Below, one piece after another: positions 53,752 through 62,452 of a stretch of 64,000 bases of DNA. Numbering within the stretch: the first letter of the stretch is position 1; every line of letters begins with the position of its first letter. A program made the translations under genes and the position numbers. The notes beneath the pieces are model-generated. The model was not told the DNA's origin. It saw only the letters and a program-made list of their open reading frames with translations, and searched no databases. The stretch lies in sequence record ON529855.1. One strand, written 5' to 3'.

Positions 53752-55116
53752 TCAAACGAGGATTTTGAGGGTTTCAGCGGCGCGGGTGATGCCGGTGTAG
53801 AGGTGCTTGTCCGCGTCCTCCCGGAAGCAGCCCGACTCGTCGATGAGCACGACATGGTCCGACTGCGAGCCCTGGAAGTTGTGCACCGTCAGCGCATAGG
53901 CCCAGTCGAGTTGGATCAGACGCTGCTTGGCCCGGTAGGCCGAGCGGCTGTCGGTCGAGAAGGAGTTCTTCTTGGTCGTGTAGTGCTCTTCGAACAGGCC
54001 CTGGAAGACGGCCTTGTCCATGTATTGCGCGCCGTCCTCGTCCTCGAACGACATGCGGCAGGCGTTCTGACCCGGCGAGAGATGGACCTGTTCCGACAGG
54101 CAGGTCGCCAGGGCGCCGTTGACCAGAGCCGGGTGCTCCTTGGAGTTCTTGCGCACGATCAGCGGCTCGCCGCCGACCGGACCGGAGGCCAGGCCTTCGC
54201 GGTACATGCGCGTGATGCGCCAACGCGTCCGGTTGGTGCCGCACAGCACCTGGGGCACCTCGACGTCGAGACCTTGGCGGCGATCCGCCGACGCCTGGAT
54301 CGCGCTCTCGGGATCATAGTCGCGTCGGCTCAAGACCTCGGCGCGGACGACGCCGGAGGAATCCTTGAACTGCCCCATCGGCAGGTCCTTGCCCTGGCGG
54401 GCCAGGGTGGCAAGCTGGATGATCGGGTTGTCGGCCGCCTGGCGGTGGATTTCCGTCAGGAAGAAATCGGGATCGCCCGCCGTCAGGCCCGGCTTGTCGC
54501 CGACCGGAGGAAGCTGACCCGGATCGCCCATGGCGATGATCGGCACCTTGAACGACATCAGGTCGCGCGTCATCTGGAGGCCCACCATGGAGGCCTCGTC
54601 GACGACGATCACCTTCTTGTTGGCGATCGCGCTGTCGCCGTTAAGCTGGAAGTTGATGCGGTCCTCGACGTAGCAGTTCTCCAGGTCGGCTTCGAGGCGG
54701 CGGATCGTGGCCTGGACCTTGACGATCTCGGCATGAGCGCCGCCCGACTTCAGCAGGGCGTCGCGCGCGACCTGGGCGGCGTACAGTTCGTTTTCCAATT
54801 GCCCCACCGGCGCCGGCTTGGCGCGGTAGATGGCCGAATGGATCGTCGAGGCGAACGGCAGGGCGAACTTCTGCGCCTTCAGCTTGGCGCTCATGATCTT
54901 GGCGGCCTTGCCGGTCGGCGCACAGAAGCCGATCTCTTCCGGCTTGAAGCCCAGATCATCCAGAATGAACGGCAGGATGGTCGACTTACCGGTGCCCGCG
55001 TAGCCGCCGATATAGGTGACGTCCTCCGGATACTCGCCTTTCAGGCGGGCCGTGACGACGCGCACGGCGTCGCCCTGGTGTTCGGTAAGGGTGGTCATAT
55101 CCGAAAGGTGCGCCAA
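53752..55116 (-). CDS. SF1 helicase, Dda/RecD-like
   Basis: GYAGTGKST, APTGKAA, DEASMV, GDPGQLPPV, EIHRQ, YALTVHNFQGSQ, LYTGITRA. Confidence 0.92.
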   Translation of the reverse strand: MAHLSDMTTLTEHQGDAVRVVTARLKGEYPEDVTYIGGYAGTGKSTILPFILDDLGFKPEEIGFCAPTGKAAKIMSAKLKAQKFALPFASTIHSAIYRAKPAPVGQLENELYAAQVARDALLKSGGAHAEIVKVQATIRRLEADLENCYVEDRINFQLNGDSAIANKKVIVVDEASMVGLQMTRDLMSFKVPIIAMGDPGQLPPVGDKPGLTAGDPDFFLTEIHRQAADNPIIQLATLARQGKDLPMGQFKDSSGVVRAEVLSRRDYDPESAIQASADRRQGLDVEVPQVLCGTNRTRWRITRMYREGLASGPVGGEPLIVRKNSKEHPALVNGALATCLSEQVHLSPGQNACRMSFEDEDGAQYMDKAVFQGLFEEHYTTKKNSFSTDSRSAYRAKQRLIQLDWAYALTVHNFQGSQSDHVVLIDESGCFREDADKHLYTGITRAAETLKILV

Positions 55117-55223
55117 GGGGTCTTGGACGGGATCACACTGAAGGAGGTCGGCGGCCGTTCAGGCGCACGCACGCTCCCCCAGTCGAACCGACTGAGAGCG
55201 ATGAAGAGGAAACGGGTGAGAAG

Positions 55224-55258
55224 GAAGCGCCCCGCCCGGTGAACCGGGCGGGGCCTTC
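55224..55258 (-). terminator. GC-rich hairpin after ssb (terminator or processing site)
   Basis: GCCCCGCCCGGT-TC-ACCGGGCGGGGC stem with weak pyrimidine tail. Confidence 0.5.
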
Positions 55259-55269
55259 AGCCACGTCGC

Positions 55270-56103
55270 TTAGAAGCGACGGCCACGGCCGGCGGGGGCC
55301 GCCGCAGCGGGAGCGGCTTGCTCCTGGGTTTCCGCCGGAGCGGCGTTGGCCGAGCGGGGGGTGCCCGCCGAGGCCGGGGCGTCGCGACGTCCGCCACGCT
55401 TCGGGGCTTCAGCGGCCGGTTCCGGGGTGGGTTCCGGCGCCGGCAGAGCGGCTTGCTGGCTCACTTCGTCGGCGACGTAGTCGTCGGCGTTCGAGCCTTC
55501 ACCTTCCTTGTAGCCGGCGAACTCGTCCTGGGTGATCCAGCCCTTGATCGTGAACTTCGGCGCATGCTTCTTGACCTTGCGGCCGCCGTCGCGGGGCTTG
55601 GCTTCGAACTCGTTGGCGCTGAGTTCGATGACCGGGACCATGCCGGGGTTGCTCTTGAACTGACGCGCGAAGTCTTTCATGACCGCTTCCAGAGCGTTCA
55701 TCTTCGAGCGGTTGTTCGCCTGGAACAGCAGGGCCGGGGCGTCGCCCTCGATCGGGACGAACTCGATCGTCTTCTGCTCCGACCAGCCGTCGTCCTGGCC
55801 GTAGGGGCCGTAGTCGGGCAGCAGGTGCTTCTGCGGCGGGACGCCCTCTTCGAGGGTCATCATGATCTCTTCCTGGACCTTGCCGTCCTTCCAGCAAATC
55901 CAGCCGCGCTTCAGCGTGCGCGGGTCCATCGCCGCCTGGGTGCCGATCTCCAGATCGGTGTCATCGGCGCCGTAGCTGTAATAGCCGTCATTGCCGTTGA
56001 ACTTCAGGAAGGCCGATCCGCCGCCACCGCCACGGTAGCTTTGGGCTTCGGCCGCGAGGGCGGCGTAATAGTCGTCCGTGGACGTAACGAGAGCGTTGCT
56101 CAT
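55270..56103 (-). CDS. single-stranded DNA-binding protein (putative)
   Basis: FLKFNGNDG..SYG, GWICWKDG, P.F.I.GW and acidic/low-complexity tail; position between exonuclease and helicase. Confidence 0.7.
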   Translation of the reverse strand: MSNALVTSTDDYYAALAAEAQSYRGGGGGSAFLKFNGNDGYYSYGADDTDLEIGTQAAMDPRTLKRGWICWKDGKVQEEIMMTLEEGVPPQKHLLPDYGPYGQDDGWSEQKTIEFVPIEGDAPALLFQANNRSKMNALEAVMKDFARQFKSNPGMVPVIELSANEFEAKPRDGGRKVKKHAPKFTIKGWITQDEFAGYKEGEGSNADDYVADEVSQQAALPAPEPTPEPAAEAPKRGGRRDAPASAGTPRSANAAPAETQEQAAPAAAAPAGRGRRF

Positions 56104-56114
56104 CTTCTTCTACT

Positions 56115-56202
56115 TCTAAATCTAAGACTAAGTCTAAGGGGTTGGGGGTTTCCCGCCCGACTACGCGCCGGGCGGGAGTTGTCCTCCCGACTACGCGCCG
56201 GG
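56115..56202 (-). repeat. ssb leader repeats: 4x CTAA hexamer and 2x 17-bp hairpin repeat
   Basis: TCTAAA-TCTAAG-ACTAAG-TCTAAG (56115-56138); CCCGACTACGCGCCGGG at 56156-56172 and 56186-56202. Confidence 0.8.
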
Positions 56203-56309
56203 TGAACGGGGTCTTTCGTCAGACCATTTTGCGTTTTGTTGTTATTGTCGAGAGGTGGCTTCGACGAATATAGTCTTAGCACAAATCTCATCTTGGCGGA
56301 AGTAAAACG

Positions 56310-57407
56310 CTACTCCTCGTCAGAGATTTTTGGACCCTTTTCCTTAATGGTGAGGCGATCGTGACCTTCCGACGTCTTGGTGAAATCATCCACCGGAAGC
56401 CCTGCGGCCCGCATGGCTTCAACGTCGTAGGTCTTCCTGCCCTTCATCCAGGAGAGGGAAACCTTCGCCAGACCGGGCACCTCGGCCCGACGAACTCCAA
56501 CGTCGCGGAACCAGGCCTTAAGTCTCTCTGAGGCTGACCTGTATGCCGCTTCCGAGGCCTTGCGCGCTGCGGACGCCGCCCGCTCTTCGCGCAAGATGTC
56601 CTCGAATTCCTTCATGATCGGCATCGCCATATTGCTGGCGTTGGCTTCACCCTGGGTCGGCGTGGAAAGCCGCGACGCCTTGGCGCAAGCCTGGGTGAAC
56701 TTGCAGTAGGTGCAGCCGCCGTCGACCTTGCCCTCGGGATAGACCTGGCCGACATCCTTGATGGTGTAGACCGATCGGGCGCGCTCCTTGGCGATGTCGT
56801 AGGTGTGCTGATCGAACGGGATCACGAACACTTCGATGTCGTCGAAGAAGGAGGCGTCGATGTAGACGATCACCGCATAGTTCGGCCGATAGTCGGTCGT
56901 CTCGCGGATCGTGCCCATCTGCACCTGGGTCTGGCCCCGGTGAATCCCCTTCTCCTCCTTCAGATTTACGCGGGGATCGATCGACTTGATCTCAAAGTTG
57001 AAGCATCCCGTGCCGCCCAGGCTGGGAATGCCGTAGACGGCGAGGGCGTCGTCGTCGGCGTCGATGACCAGACCGTCCGGCGTGGCGGTGAGAGGCGCGT
57101 CGGCGGCTCGGAACGTCTGCTGGTCGTCGCCGCCCCAGATCAGGCGGGTGTCCCAGAAGTAGTTCTCCAGAAACCACTTGACCGCCGGCTCGGCGAAGTG
57201 CTGCTCGATCAGGTCGCCGCGTTGCAGGGCGCCCCAGCTTTCGACATAGTCCTTGTCGACCTCGCCGCCGTGCTTGGCGAACCACGTCTTGCGCAGACAG
57301 CCGAACGCCTCCGAGGCGCCGACCGTCTTGGAGCGGTCATGCGCCCAGACTTTCTGGTGGCCCTTGACGTAGGTGTCGTAGGCTTCCTTGAAGTCGATTT
57401 CAGCCAT
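56310..57407 (-). CDS. Cas4-like PD-(D/E)XK exonuclease with Fe-S cysteines
   Basis: GASEAFGCLRK, ATPDG, FEIKS, Q.QVQM, CTYCKFTQAC. Confidence 0.88.
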   Translation of the reverse strand: MAEIDFKEAYDTYVKGHQKVWAHDRSKTVGASEAFGCLRKTWFAKHGGEVDKDYVESWGALQRGDLIEQHFAEPAVKWFLENYFWDTRLIWGGDDQQTFRAADAPLTATPDGLVIDADDDALAVYGIPSLGGTGCFNFEIKSIDPRVNLKEEKGIHRGQTQVQMGTIRETTDYRPNYAVIVYIDASFFDDIEVFVIPFDQHTYDIAKERARSVYTIKDVGQVYPEGKVDGGCTYCKFTQACAKASRLSTPTQGEANASNMAMPIMKEFEDILREERAASAARKASEAAYRSASERLKAWFRDVGVRRAEVPGLAKVSLSWMKGRKTYDVEAMRAAGLPVDDFTKTSEGHDRLTIKEKGPKISDEE

Positions 57408-57550
57408 TACGGATTTCGTGACTCATTCAGACCGGCGCGGCGCCGGACATGTTGGGCGGGTCGCCGGGCATGAAGAGCGCGACGAGCAAGAGCAGGAGGG
57501 CGAGGGCTTCCATCACAACAACAGGATGAAGCGCGGCAGGAGCGTCTCGG

Positions 57551-58165
57551 TCACGTCGCCGCCTCGGCCTTGGCGGCGCGCTCGGCCGCCAGGTGGTCCT
57601 GGATGAACCAGAAGAGGTCACGGCAGTCGATCACGTCGCCGATCGCCTGGTGAGCCGAGGTCGGTTCACGCCCCAGCAGCTTGCGCACCGCGTCTTCCAG
57701 CTTGGGCCAGGCGTAGCCCTGATAGCCGTTCTTGTTGGGGAACTTGCAGATCGGAATGCCGGTCTGCATGGTGCAGAACTGCTGCTTGCCCTGGAAGACG
57801 TCGAGGGCCGGATTGCCCGACAGCAGACGCGCCGCGTTGTTGACGATGTTGACGTCGAACTCGATGTTGTGCGCCACCAGAACATCGGCGACCGCGACCA
57901 TGTCGCAGAACACATCCAGAACCGGTCCTTCCGTCAGGCCGATCGCCTGAGACACCGCCGTGGTGGTGCCGTGGACGTTGGACGAGGCCAGCGGAATGGG
58001 CTGGTCGCGGTAGACGATCAGGTCCATGCGCATGAGTTCGGCGCGCGTGTCGCTGTCCTGAAGGATCGCGGCGATCTGGACGATGCGCGGTTGAGCCTCG
58101 TGGCCGCACGGCGAACGCTTGTCCCAGAGGCCGGTGGTTTCGGTGTCGAAGAAGAGCAGGTTCAC
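57551..58165 (-). CDS. DEDDh 3'-5' exonuclease (epsilon-like)
   Basis: FFDTETTG, AHNIEFD, AHQAIGDV. Confidence 0.92.
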   Translation of the reverse strand: MNLLFFDTETTGLWDKRSPCGHEAQPRIVQIAAILQDSDTRAELMRMDLIVYRDQPIPLASSNVHGTTTAVSQAIGLTEGPVLDVFCDMVAVADVLVAHNIEFDVNIVNNAARLLSGNPALDVFQGKQQFCTMQTGIPICKFPNKNGYQGYAWPKLEDAVRKLLGREPTSAHQAIGDVIDCRDLFWFIQDHLAAERAAKAEAAT

Positions 58166-58166
58166 G

Positions 58167-58673
58167 TCACGCGTCTCCCGACGGAGTCGGATTCTTCAAG
58201 GCGTCAAGACGCTCCTTGAGGAAGTCGGTCATGTAGGCGACGGTCCCCTCGGGCGCGGGGCGTTCCGACGCCTCCGTCGCACGGACCATGGCGTGGATTT
58301 GATCCTGAGCCGCGCAGGCGGCGTTGGCCTGCGCCTGGGCGTAGGCCGCCATGGTCGTCAGGATGTGGGCCGCCACCAGGGTGTAGCCCTCGAACATCCC
58401 GCGCGTCCGGACGGCGGCCGCGTGATTGATCAACGCCCAGGCGGCGTTGAAAACGAACCAGCCGATCGCCGCCAGCATGGTGACGCGGAGCAGACCGGCG
58501 GATGGCGCGCCGATGAGGCCGGGCGCCAGGGCGTGCCCGATCGTGAAGAACAGAGTCAGGCCGCAGGCGACCAGCAACAGCAGCGAGGTCAGGGCGCGAA
58601 AGCCCGCCGCGTCCGCCGCAGGCTGATGCGGCGTTGGTTTCACCGGCTTGTTGAGGGGAGTGTCGGAGGACAT
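58167..58673 (-). CDS. membrane protein
   Basis: Start MSSDTPL downstream of promoter; two TM helices plus coiled tail. Confidence 0.7.
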   Translation of the reverse strand: MSSDTPLNKPVKPTPHQPAADAAGFRALTSLLLLVACGLTLFFTIGHALAPGLIGAPSAGLLRVTMLAAIGWFVFNAAWALINHAAAVRTRGMFEGYTLVAAHILTTMAAYAQAQANAACAAQDQIHAMVRATEASERPAPEGTVAYMTDFLKERLDALKNPTPSGDA

Positions 58674-58701
58674 CGGGGCGTCTCGTTCTTGAGGGTCTTT
58701 G

Positions 58702-58727
58702 TTAACCATATTGGCGATGAATGTCAA
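58702..58727 (-). promoter_or_regulatory. promoter TTGACA-N16-TTAA
   Basis: Shares CCAATAYGGTTAA with the 14623 copy. Confidence 0.6.
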
Positions 58728-58764
58728 CATTCCCGGCAATGAAATGCCGGAAAATGTGACTCCA

Positions 58765-61248
58765 TCAGTGCGTTTCAGACCAGCGACGGCCGAACTTGGT
58801 GTCCACGTCGACGGGCAGGCGGAAGCCGAAGCCGGCGCCGGCGTCGTAGGCCGCGTCCCTGATGTTTTTCTCGCAGATCGCCATGATCCGGGCGTCGTCG
58901 CGAACGGCGACCTGGAGTTCGTCGTGAATCCAGGCGACGATGGCGAAATCGCCGTCCCAGCCATGTTTCAGGCCGTCTTCCAGGCAGTATTCGTGGAAGT
59001 TCACGCACCACTGCTTGGCGATGGTGGCGCCGGCGCCCTGAAGCAGGGTGTTCAAGGCGGCGTGCTGCGCCCGCACGAACAGTCGACGCCCATCCATCGC
59101 GTCCAGCATGCCGGACTTGGCCTGCTTCTGGATATTCTTGACCACCATGCCCAGGGCGGGAATGCGGGTCATCAGGCGACGGCGCATTTCGGCGCCGACC
59201 TTCTTGGCCTCGGTCGGCCGCAGCGCCAGCGCCGGGTCGATGACCGTGCCCAGCTTGAAGTCCTGGGCGCCGTAGATCAGGGCGTAGATGAAGGTCTTGG
59301 CCGTGTCGCGGTTGTTCAGTTCCAGCGCGGCGGTGTGCAGGTCGTGAGGATCGGATTCGACCACCAGGCGGCCGTAGACGCCGTCGTCGAACTCCGCCAT
59401 GAAGTGACCGAGGGCGCGCAGTTCGATGCCCTTCTGGTCGGAACCCATCAGAATCCAGCCCTTGGGCACGATGAACAGGTCGCGGCAGTTCCAGCCGTGA
59501 TCGCCGGGGCGGCCCTTGAGCATCTGCTTCTTGGTCAGAATCTTCTGACCCTCGTCCAGCAGATACCAGCCGTCACGGCCGTCGATCGCCTCGACCCGGA
59601 CGAACTCGCCCGCCTCGTTGAGATAGCCGTTCAGGCCGTCGCGCACGATGACGTCCAGCGCCGAGCCGTCCTTCATCTTGGCCTTGGCGGGGTTTCCTTC
59701 AAGCTGCTTGCCGGTCAACGGATCGAGCAGCGGCGTCAGATCGGCGCGGTGCTCGAAGACCTGCTTGTCGTCAGGGCCGTCGACCCAGTAGCCGTAGATG
59801 ATCTTGCCCTGCTGGAAGTCGATGCCGACGCCCGGCTCCAGCCACTGCTTCAGCTTCTTGAAGACGACGCGAGGGACCTGGGCGATGTTCGGGTTGGCGT
59901 GCGAGGCGCGGTTGGTCACCGTCCCGCCGACGTTGAACGTCGGGTGGATGCGTCCGTCGCCGCGCTCCAGGGCCTTGCCGATCCAGCCGTTCTTGCCGTC
60001 GACAAGCTGGCCGAGCCGCTTGTTGTAGTAGAAGAGTTCGGCCAGTTCGTCGCAGATCGGAATCGTCTGGGCGAGGTCGCGCAGGATTTCGTCGTTGACG
60101 GCGATGCCGCCGGTTTCCGTCTTGTCGCGGTCGTCGTGATCCCAGCCGTAGACCTTTTCCAGTCGCTCGATGATCTGCGGGCGCGAGCCGGGGTTGAACT
60201 CCTTCAGTTCCACCGGGCAGTAGGCGCAGCCTTCCATCCGGTCCGGCTTGCCCGAGCCCGGCTTGAACTTCATCGTCTTCTTGGGAACCGTGATGTCGCC
60301 CCAGTTGGAGCGGCCCAGGTCTTCGCCGTGCTCGGTGCGCGGCTTGTAGGCGATCTTGGTCTTCTTGATCTTCCCGTCATCGTCCAGCAGGGGCTTGCCG
60401 GTCTCGGGATCAAGCATCTCGACCGTGTATTCCTTGCCGACGGTCTTCCACTTCGAGGGCACCCACCACTCGCCGAAGTGCGCGATCGCCTTGCGCTGCT
60501 TCTCGTCGACGACTTCGCGCAGTTCGGCCTCAAGGGCGCGCGCGGCCTCCATGTCGAAGGGGAAGCCGTTGTTGGTGACCTCCTCCATCAGGGCGTGGAC
60601 GCGGTGCTCCAGCGTGATCGACTGTTCGGAGTGCCGGCGCGGGTCGGCCTCCATCAACCGCCACAGGGCCTCGTTGACGTTCAAGTCCTGAACGCAGTAG
60701 TCCTCCATCTCCTGGTTCCATTCGGACCAGACGAGACGGATCAGTTCTTCCTTCGGGTAGTCCGGGTAGAGGGACTTGTAGTAGGCCTGCTGGGTCTTGG
60801 CGTAGTCGCCCTTGGGGAAGCCCAGGCGCTGGCCCCAGGCCTCAAGGCCGTGACGGCCGATCTGGGCGCCCTCGATCTCGTCGCGCTTGAAGCGGCGGAA
60901 GTCGCGTTCCTTCTCGTCCGCATAGAAGATGCGGCTCAGCACCATGGTGTCGCGCACCAGGGCGTTGCACTGGAACTGCGGGTAGAGCAGTTCGATCGCG
61001 GGAATATCGAAGCCCACGATGTTGTGCCCGACCAGCAGGTCGGCCTCGGCCAGCATCGCCACGCCGCGCGCGATCTGGTCCGTCCGCTTGTTCTTGCGGA
61101 AGACGTGCGTCTGACGCGTGGTCAGATCGCGGATCGCGAGGATGTGGATACGGCTCTTGACGTCGTCGCCCTTGTGGGCGGTCAGATAGGGCAGCAGGCC
61201 CGTCGTTTCGATGTCGAAGAGGTACTGCTTACCGGGGGGCAGTTGCAT
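58765..61248 (-). CDS. family A DNA polymerase (T7-like) with 3'-5' exonuclease
   Basis: FDIETTG, GHNIVGFD, YCVQD, motif A DQKGIELR, motif B AKTFIYALIYG, motif C HDE. Confidence 0.95.
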   Translation of the reverse strand: MQLPPGKQYLFDIETTGLLPYLTAHKGDDVKSRIHILAIRDLTTRQTHVFRKNKRTDQIARGVAMLAEADLLVGHNIVGFDIPAIELLYPQFQCNALVRDTMVLSRIFYADEKERDFRRFKRDEIEGAQIGRHGLEAWGQRLGFPKGDYAKTQQAYYKSLYPDYPKEELIRLVWSEWNQEMEDYCVQDLNVNEALWRLMEADPRRHSEQSITLEHRVHALMEEVTNNGFPFDMEAARALEAELREVVDEKQRKAIAHFGEWWVPSKWKTVGKEYTVEMLDPETGKPLLDDDGKIKKTKIAYKPRTEHGEDLGRSNWGDITVPKKTMKFKPGSGKPDRMEGCAYCPVELKEFNPGSRPQIIERLEKVYGWDHDDRDKTETGGIAVNDEILRDLAQTIPICDELAELFYYNKRLGQLVDGKNGWIGKALERGDGRIHPTFNVGGTVTNRASHANPNIAQVPRVVFKKLKQWLEPGVGIDFQQGKIIYGYWVDGPDDKQVFEHRADLTPLLDPLTGKQLEGNPAKAKMKDGSALDVIVRDGLNGYLNEAGEFVRVEAIDGRDGWYLLDEGQKILTKKQMLKGRPGDHGWNCRDLFIVPKGWILMGSDQKGIELRALGHFMAEFDDGVYGRLVVESDPHDLHTAALELNNRDTAKTFIYALIYGAQDFKLGTVIDPALALRPTEAKKVGAEMRRRLMTRIPALGMVVKNIQKQAKSGMLDAMDGRRLFVRAQHAALNTLLQGAGATIAKQWCVNFHEYCLEDGLKHGWDGDFAIVAWIHDELQVAVRDDARIMAICEKNIRDAAYDAGAGFGFRLPVDVDTKFGRRWSETH

Positions 61249-61383
61249 CAGAAGTGACCAGTTGGCGCAGGTCCCCGGCCGTGATCGGGCCGGGGCTGAG
61301 CAGTTGTTGGATCAGGGCGGCTGGCGTGCCCGCCGCCCTAAGCATCGTCGCGGGGTCGCGAGACATCAGCAGCGGCGGAGGAG

Positions 61384-62391
61384 TCACGCTGCTTCGCGTT
61401 TCATGACTCTATCCAGACGTTCGCCGAGCCAGCGGACGACCGGAACAGCCAGGGAGTTGCCGATGGCGGTGCGGCGCGCCGTGACCGAGGCGCCGGGGAT
61501 GTCGGTGTAGCCGTCCGGCATCCCTTGCAGGCGCTCGTATTCCACCGGGGTCAGGGCGCGCACGACCCAGCGCCCTTCATGCTGGGTCAGGACCTGGGCG
61601 ACGGACCCGCCGCCGGCGGCCGTGCGCAGGCAGTTGGAAACCTCGTCGCCCTGCTCGATCTGCTGGGCCTTGACGCCCTTCAGGAGGCGTCCACGGATGG
61701 CGATGCGATAGGCAGGGGCGATAGCGCCTCCAGCAGTTCCGGCGACAGGGTCCGTCCCGCCGCCCGCGCGTTCGCCAGCAGCGTCGCCTTGCGATCCTCG
61801 CTCAAAAAGAACGTCGCGGGGATCGATTCCGCCCCGAGGACACGCGACAACGTAGACGCGCTCGCGTTGTTGGGGCAGGCCGAAGTGTTGTGCGTCCAGG
61901 ACTCGCCAAGCAATGGCCCGTTTGGGGCCAAGCACATAACCAGCGTTCGTCCACCGATCCCCTGACGGGACGAGGTTCCCAAACTCTCCGGCCAGGGCTC
62001 CGAGGAATTGTCCAAAGGCGTTGCAGTCATCGGTGAGCAGTCCGGGCACGTTTTCGAAGAAGAAGACATCAGGATCGATTTCGTCGATCAGCTTGATGCC
62101 GGCGAGGGTGAGGAAGCCACGGCCGCCGTCGACACCGGCCTTCTTGCCGGCCTCGGAAAAATCCTGACAGGGGAAGGAGGCCCACAGGATGTTGACGGCC
62201 TTGCGGAAGGCTTCGCCGTCGATCGTCAGCAGGTTGCCCAGGTTGGGCGTTTCGCCGTAGCGGTGATGCAGAAATCGGGTCGGGAAGGCGGCGTTGTCGG
62301 CAAAGAATACCGGCTTCAGCTTGAGGTCCTTCCACGCCAGAGACACGGCTTCAATGCCGGAGCAGAGGGTGGCGAAGGTGGGTTGGGTCAT
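61384..62391 (-). CDS. C5-cytosine DNA methyltransferase
   Basis: TLCSGIEA, SFPCQDFS, ENVPG, QQRERV, RALTPVEYERLQG, IGNS; start MTQPTF after promoter. Confidence 0.93.
   Translation of the reverse strand: MTQPTFATLCSGIEAVSLAWKDLKLKPVFFADNAAFPTRFLHHRYGETPNLGNLLTIDGEAFRKAVNILWASFPCQDFSEAGKKAGVDGGRGFLTLAGIKLIDEIDPDVFFFENVPGLLTDDCNAFGQFLGALAGEFGNLVPSGDRWTNAGYVLGPKRAIAWRVLDAQHFGLPQQRERVYVVACPRGGIDPRDVLFERGSQGDAAGERAGGGTDPVAGTAGGAIAPAYRIAIRGRLLKGVKAQQIEQGDEVSNCLRTAAGGGSVAQVLTQHEGRWVVRALTPVEYERLQGMPDGYTDIPGASVTARRTAIGNSLAVPVVRWLGERLDRVMKREAA
61680..62069 (-). CDS. overprinted alternate-frame ORF resembling the beta polypeptide of split C5-MTases
   Basis: PDCS...SS..W....GE.W..NT...P.....TLS.VL....P..FFLS......L...RA pattern recalled from M.EcoHK31I beta-type proteins; entirely inside the MTase gene. 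Confidence 0.6.
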   Translation of the reverse strand: MSSSSKTCPDCSPMTATPLDNSSEPWPESLGTSSRQGIGGRTLVMCLAPNGPLLGESWTHNTSACPNNASASTLSRVLGAESIPATFFLSEDRKATLLANARAAGRTLSPELLEALSPLPIASPSVDAS

Positions 62392-62404
62392 GGGTCCGGT
62401 ATGG

Positions 62405-62430
62405 TTAACGAATGCCGTAGATGGAGTCAA
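62405..62430 (-). promoter_or_regulatory. promoter TTGACT-N16-TTAA
   Basis: Direct motif match upstream of the MTase start. Confidence 0.55.
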
Positions 62431-62452
62431 GGATTGACGGGAAAACTGACAA

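Noticed and set aside
55170-55200. GGTTCGACT T-loop-like word downstream of ssb
   Set aside because: It lies in a simple hairpin without acceptor or D-arm elements.
56156-57407. Cas4-like gene next to two 17-bp direct repeats, read as a mini-CRISPR
   Set aside because: Only two repeats, a 13-bp spacer and no other cas genes; solo Cas4-like nucleases are common phage recombination exonucleases.
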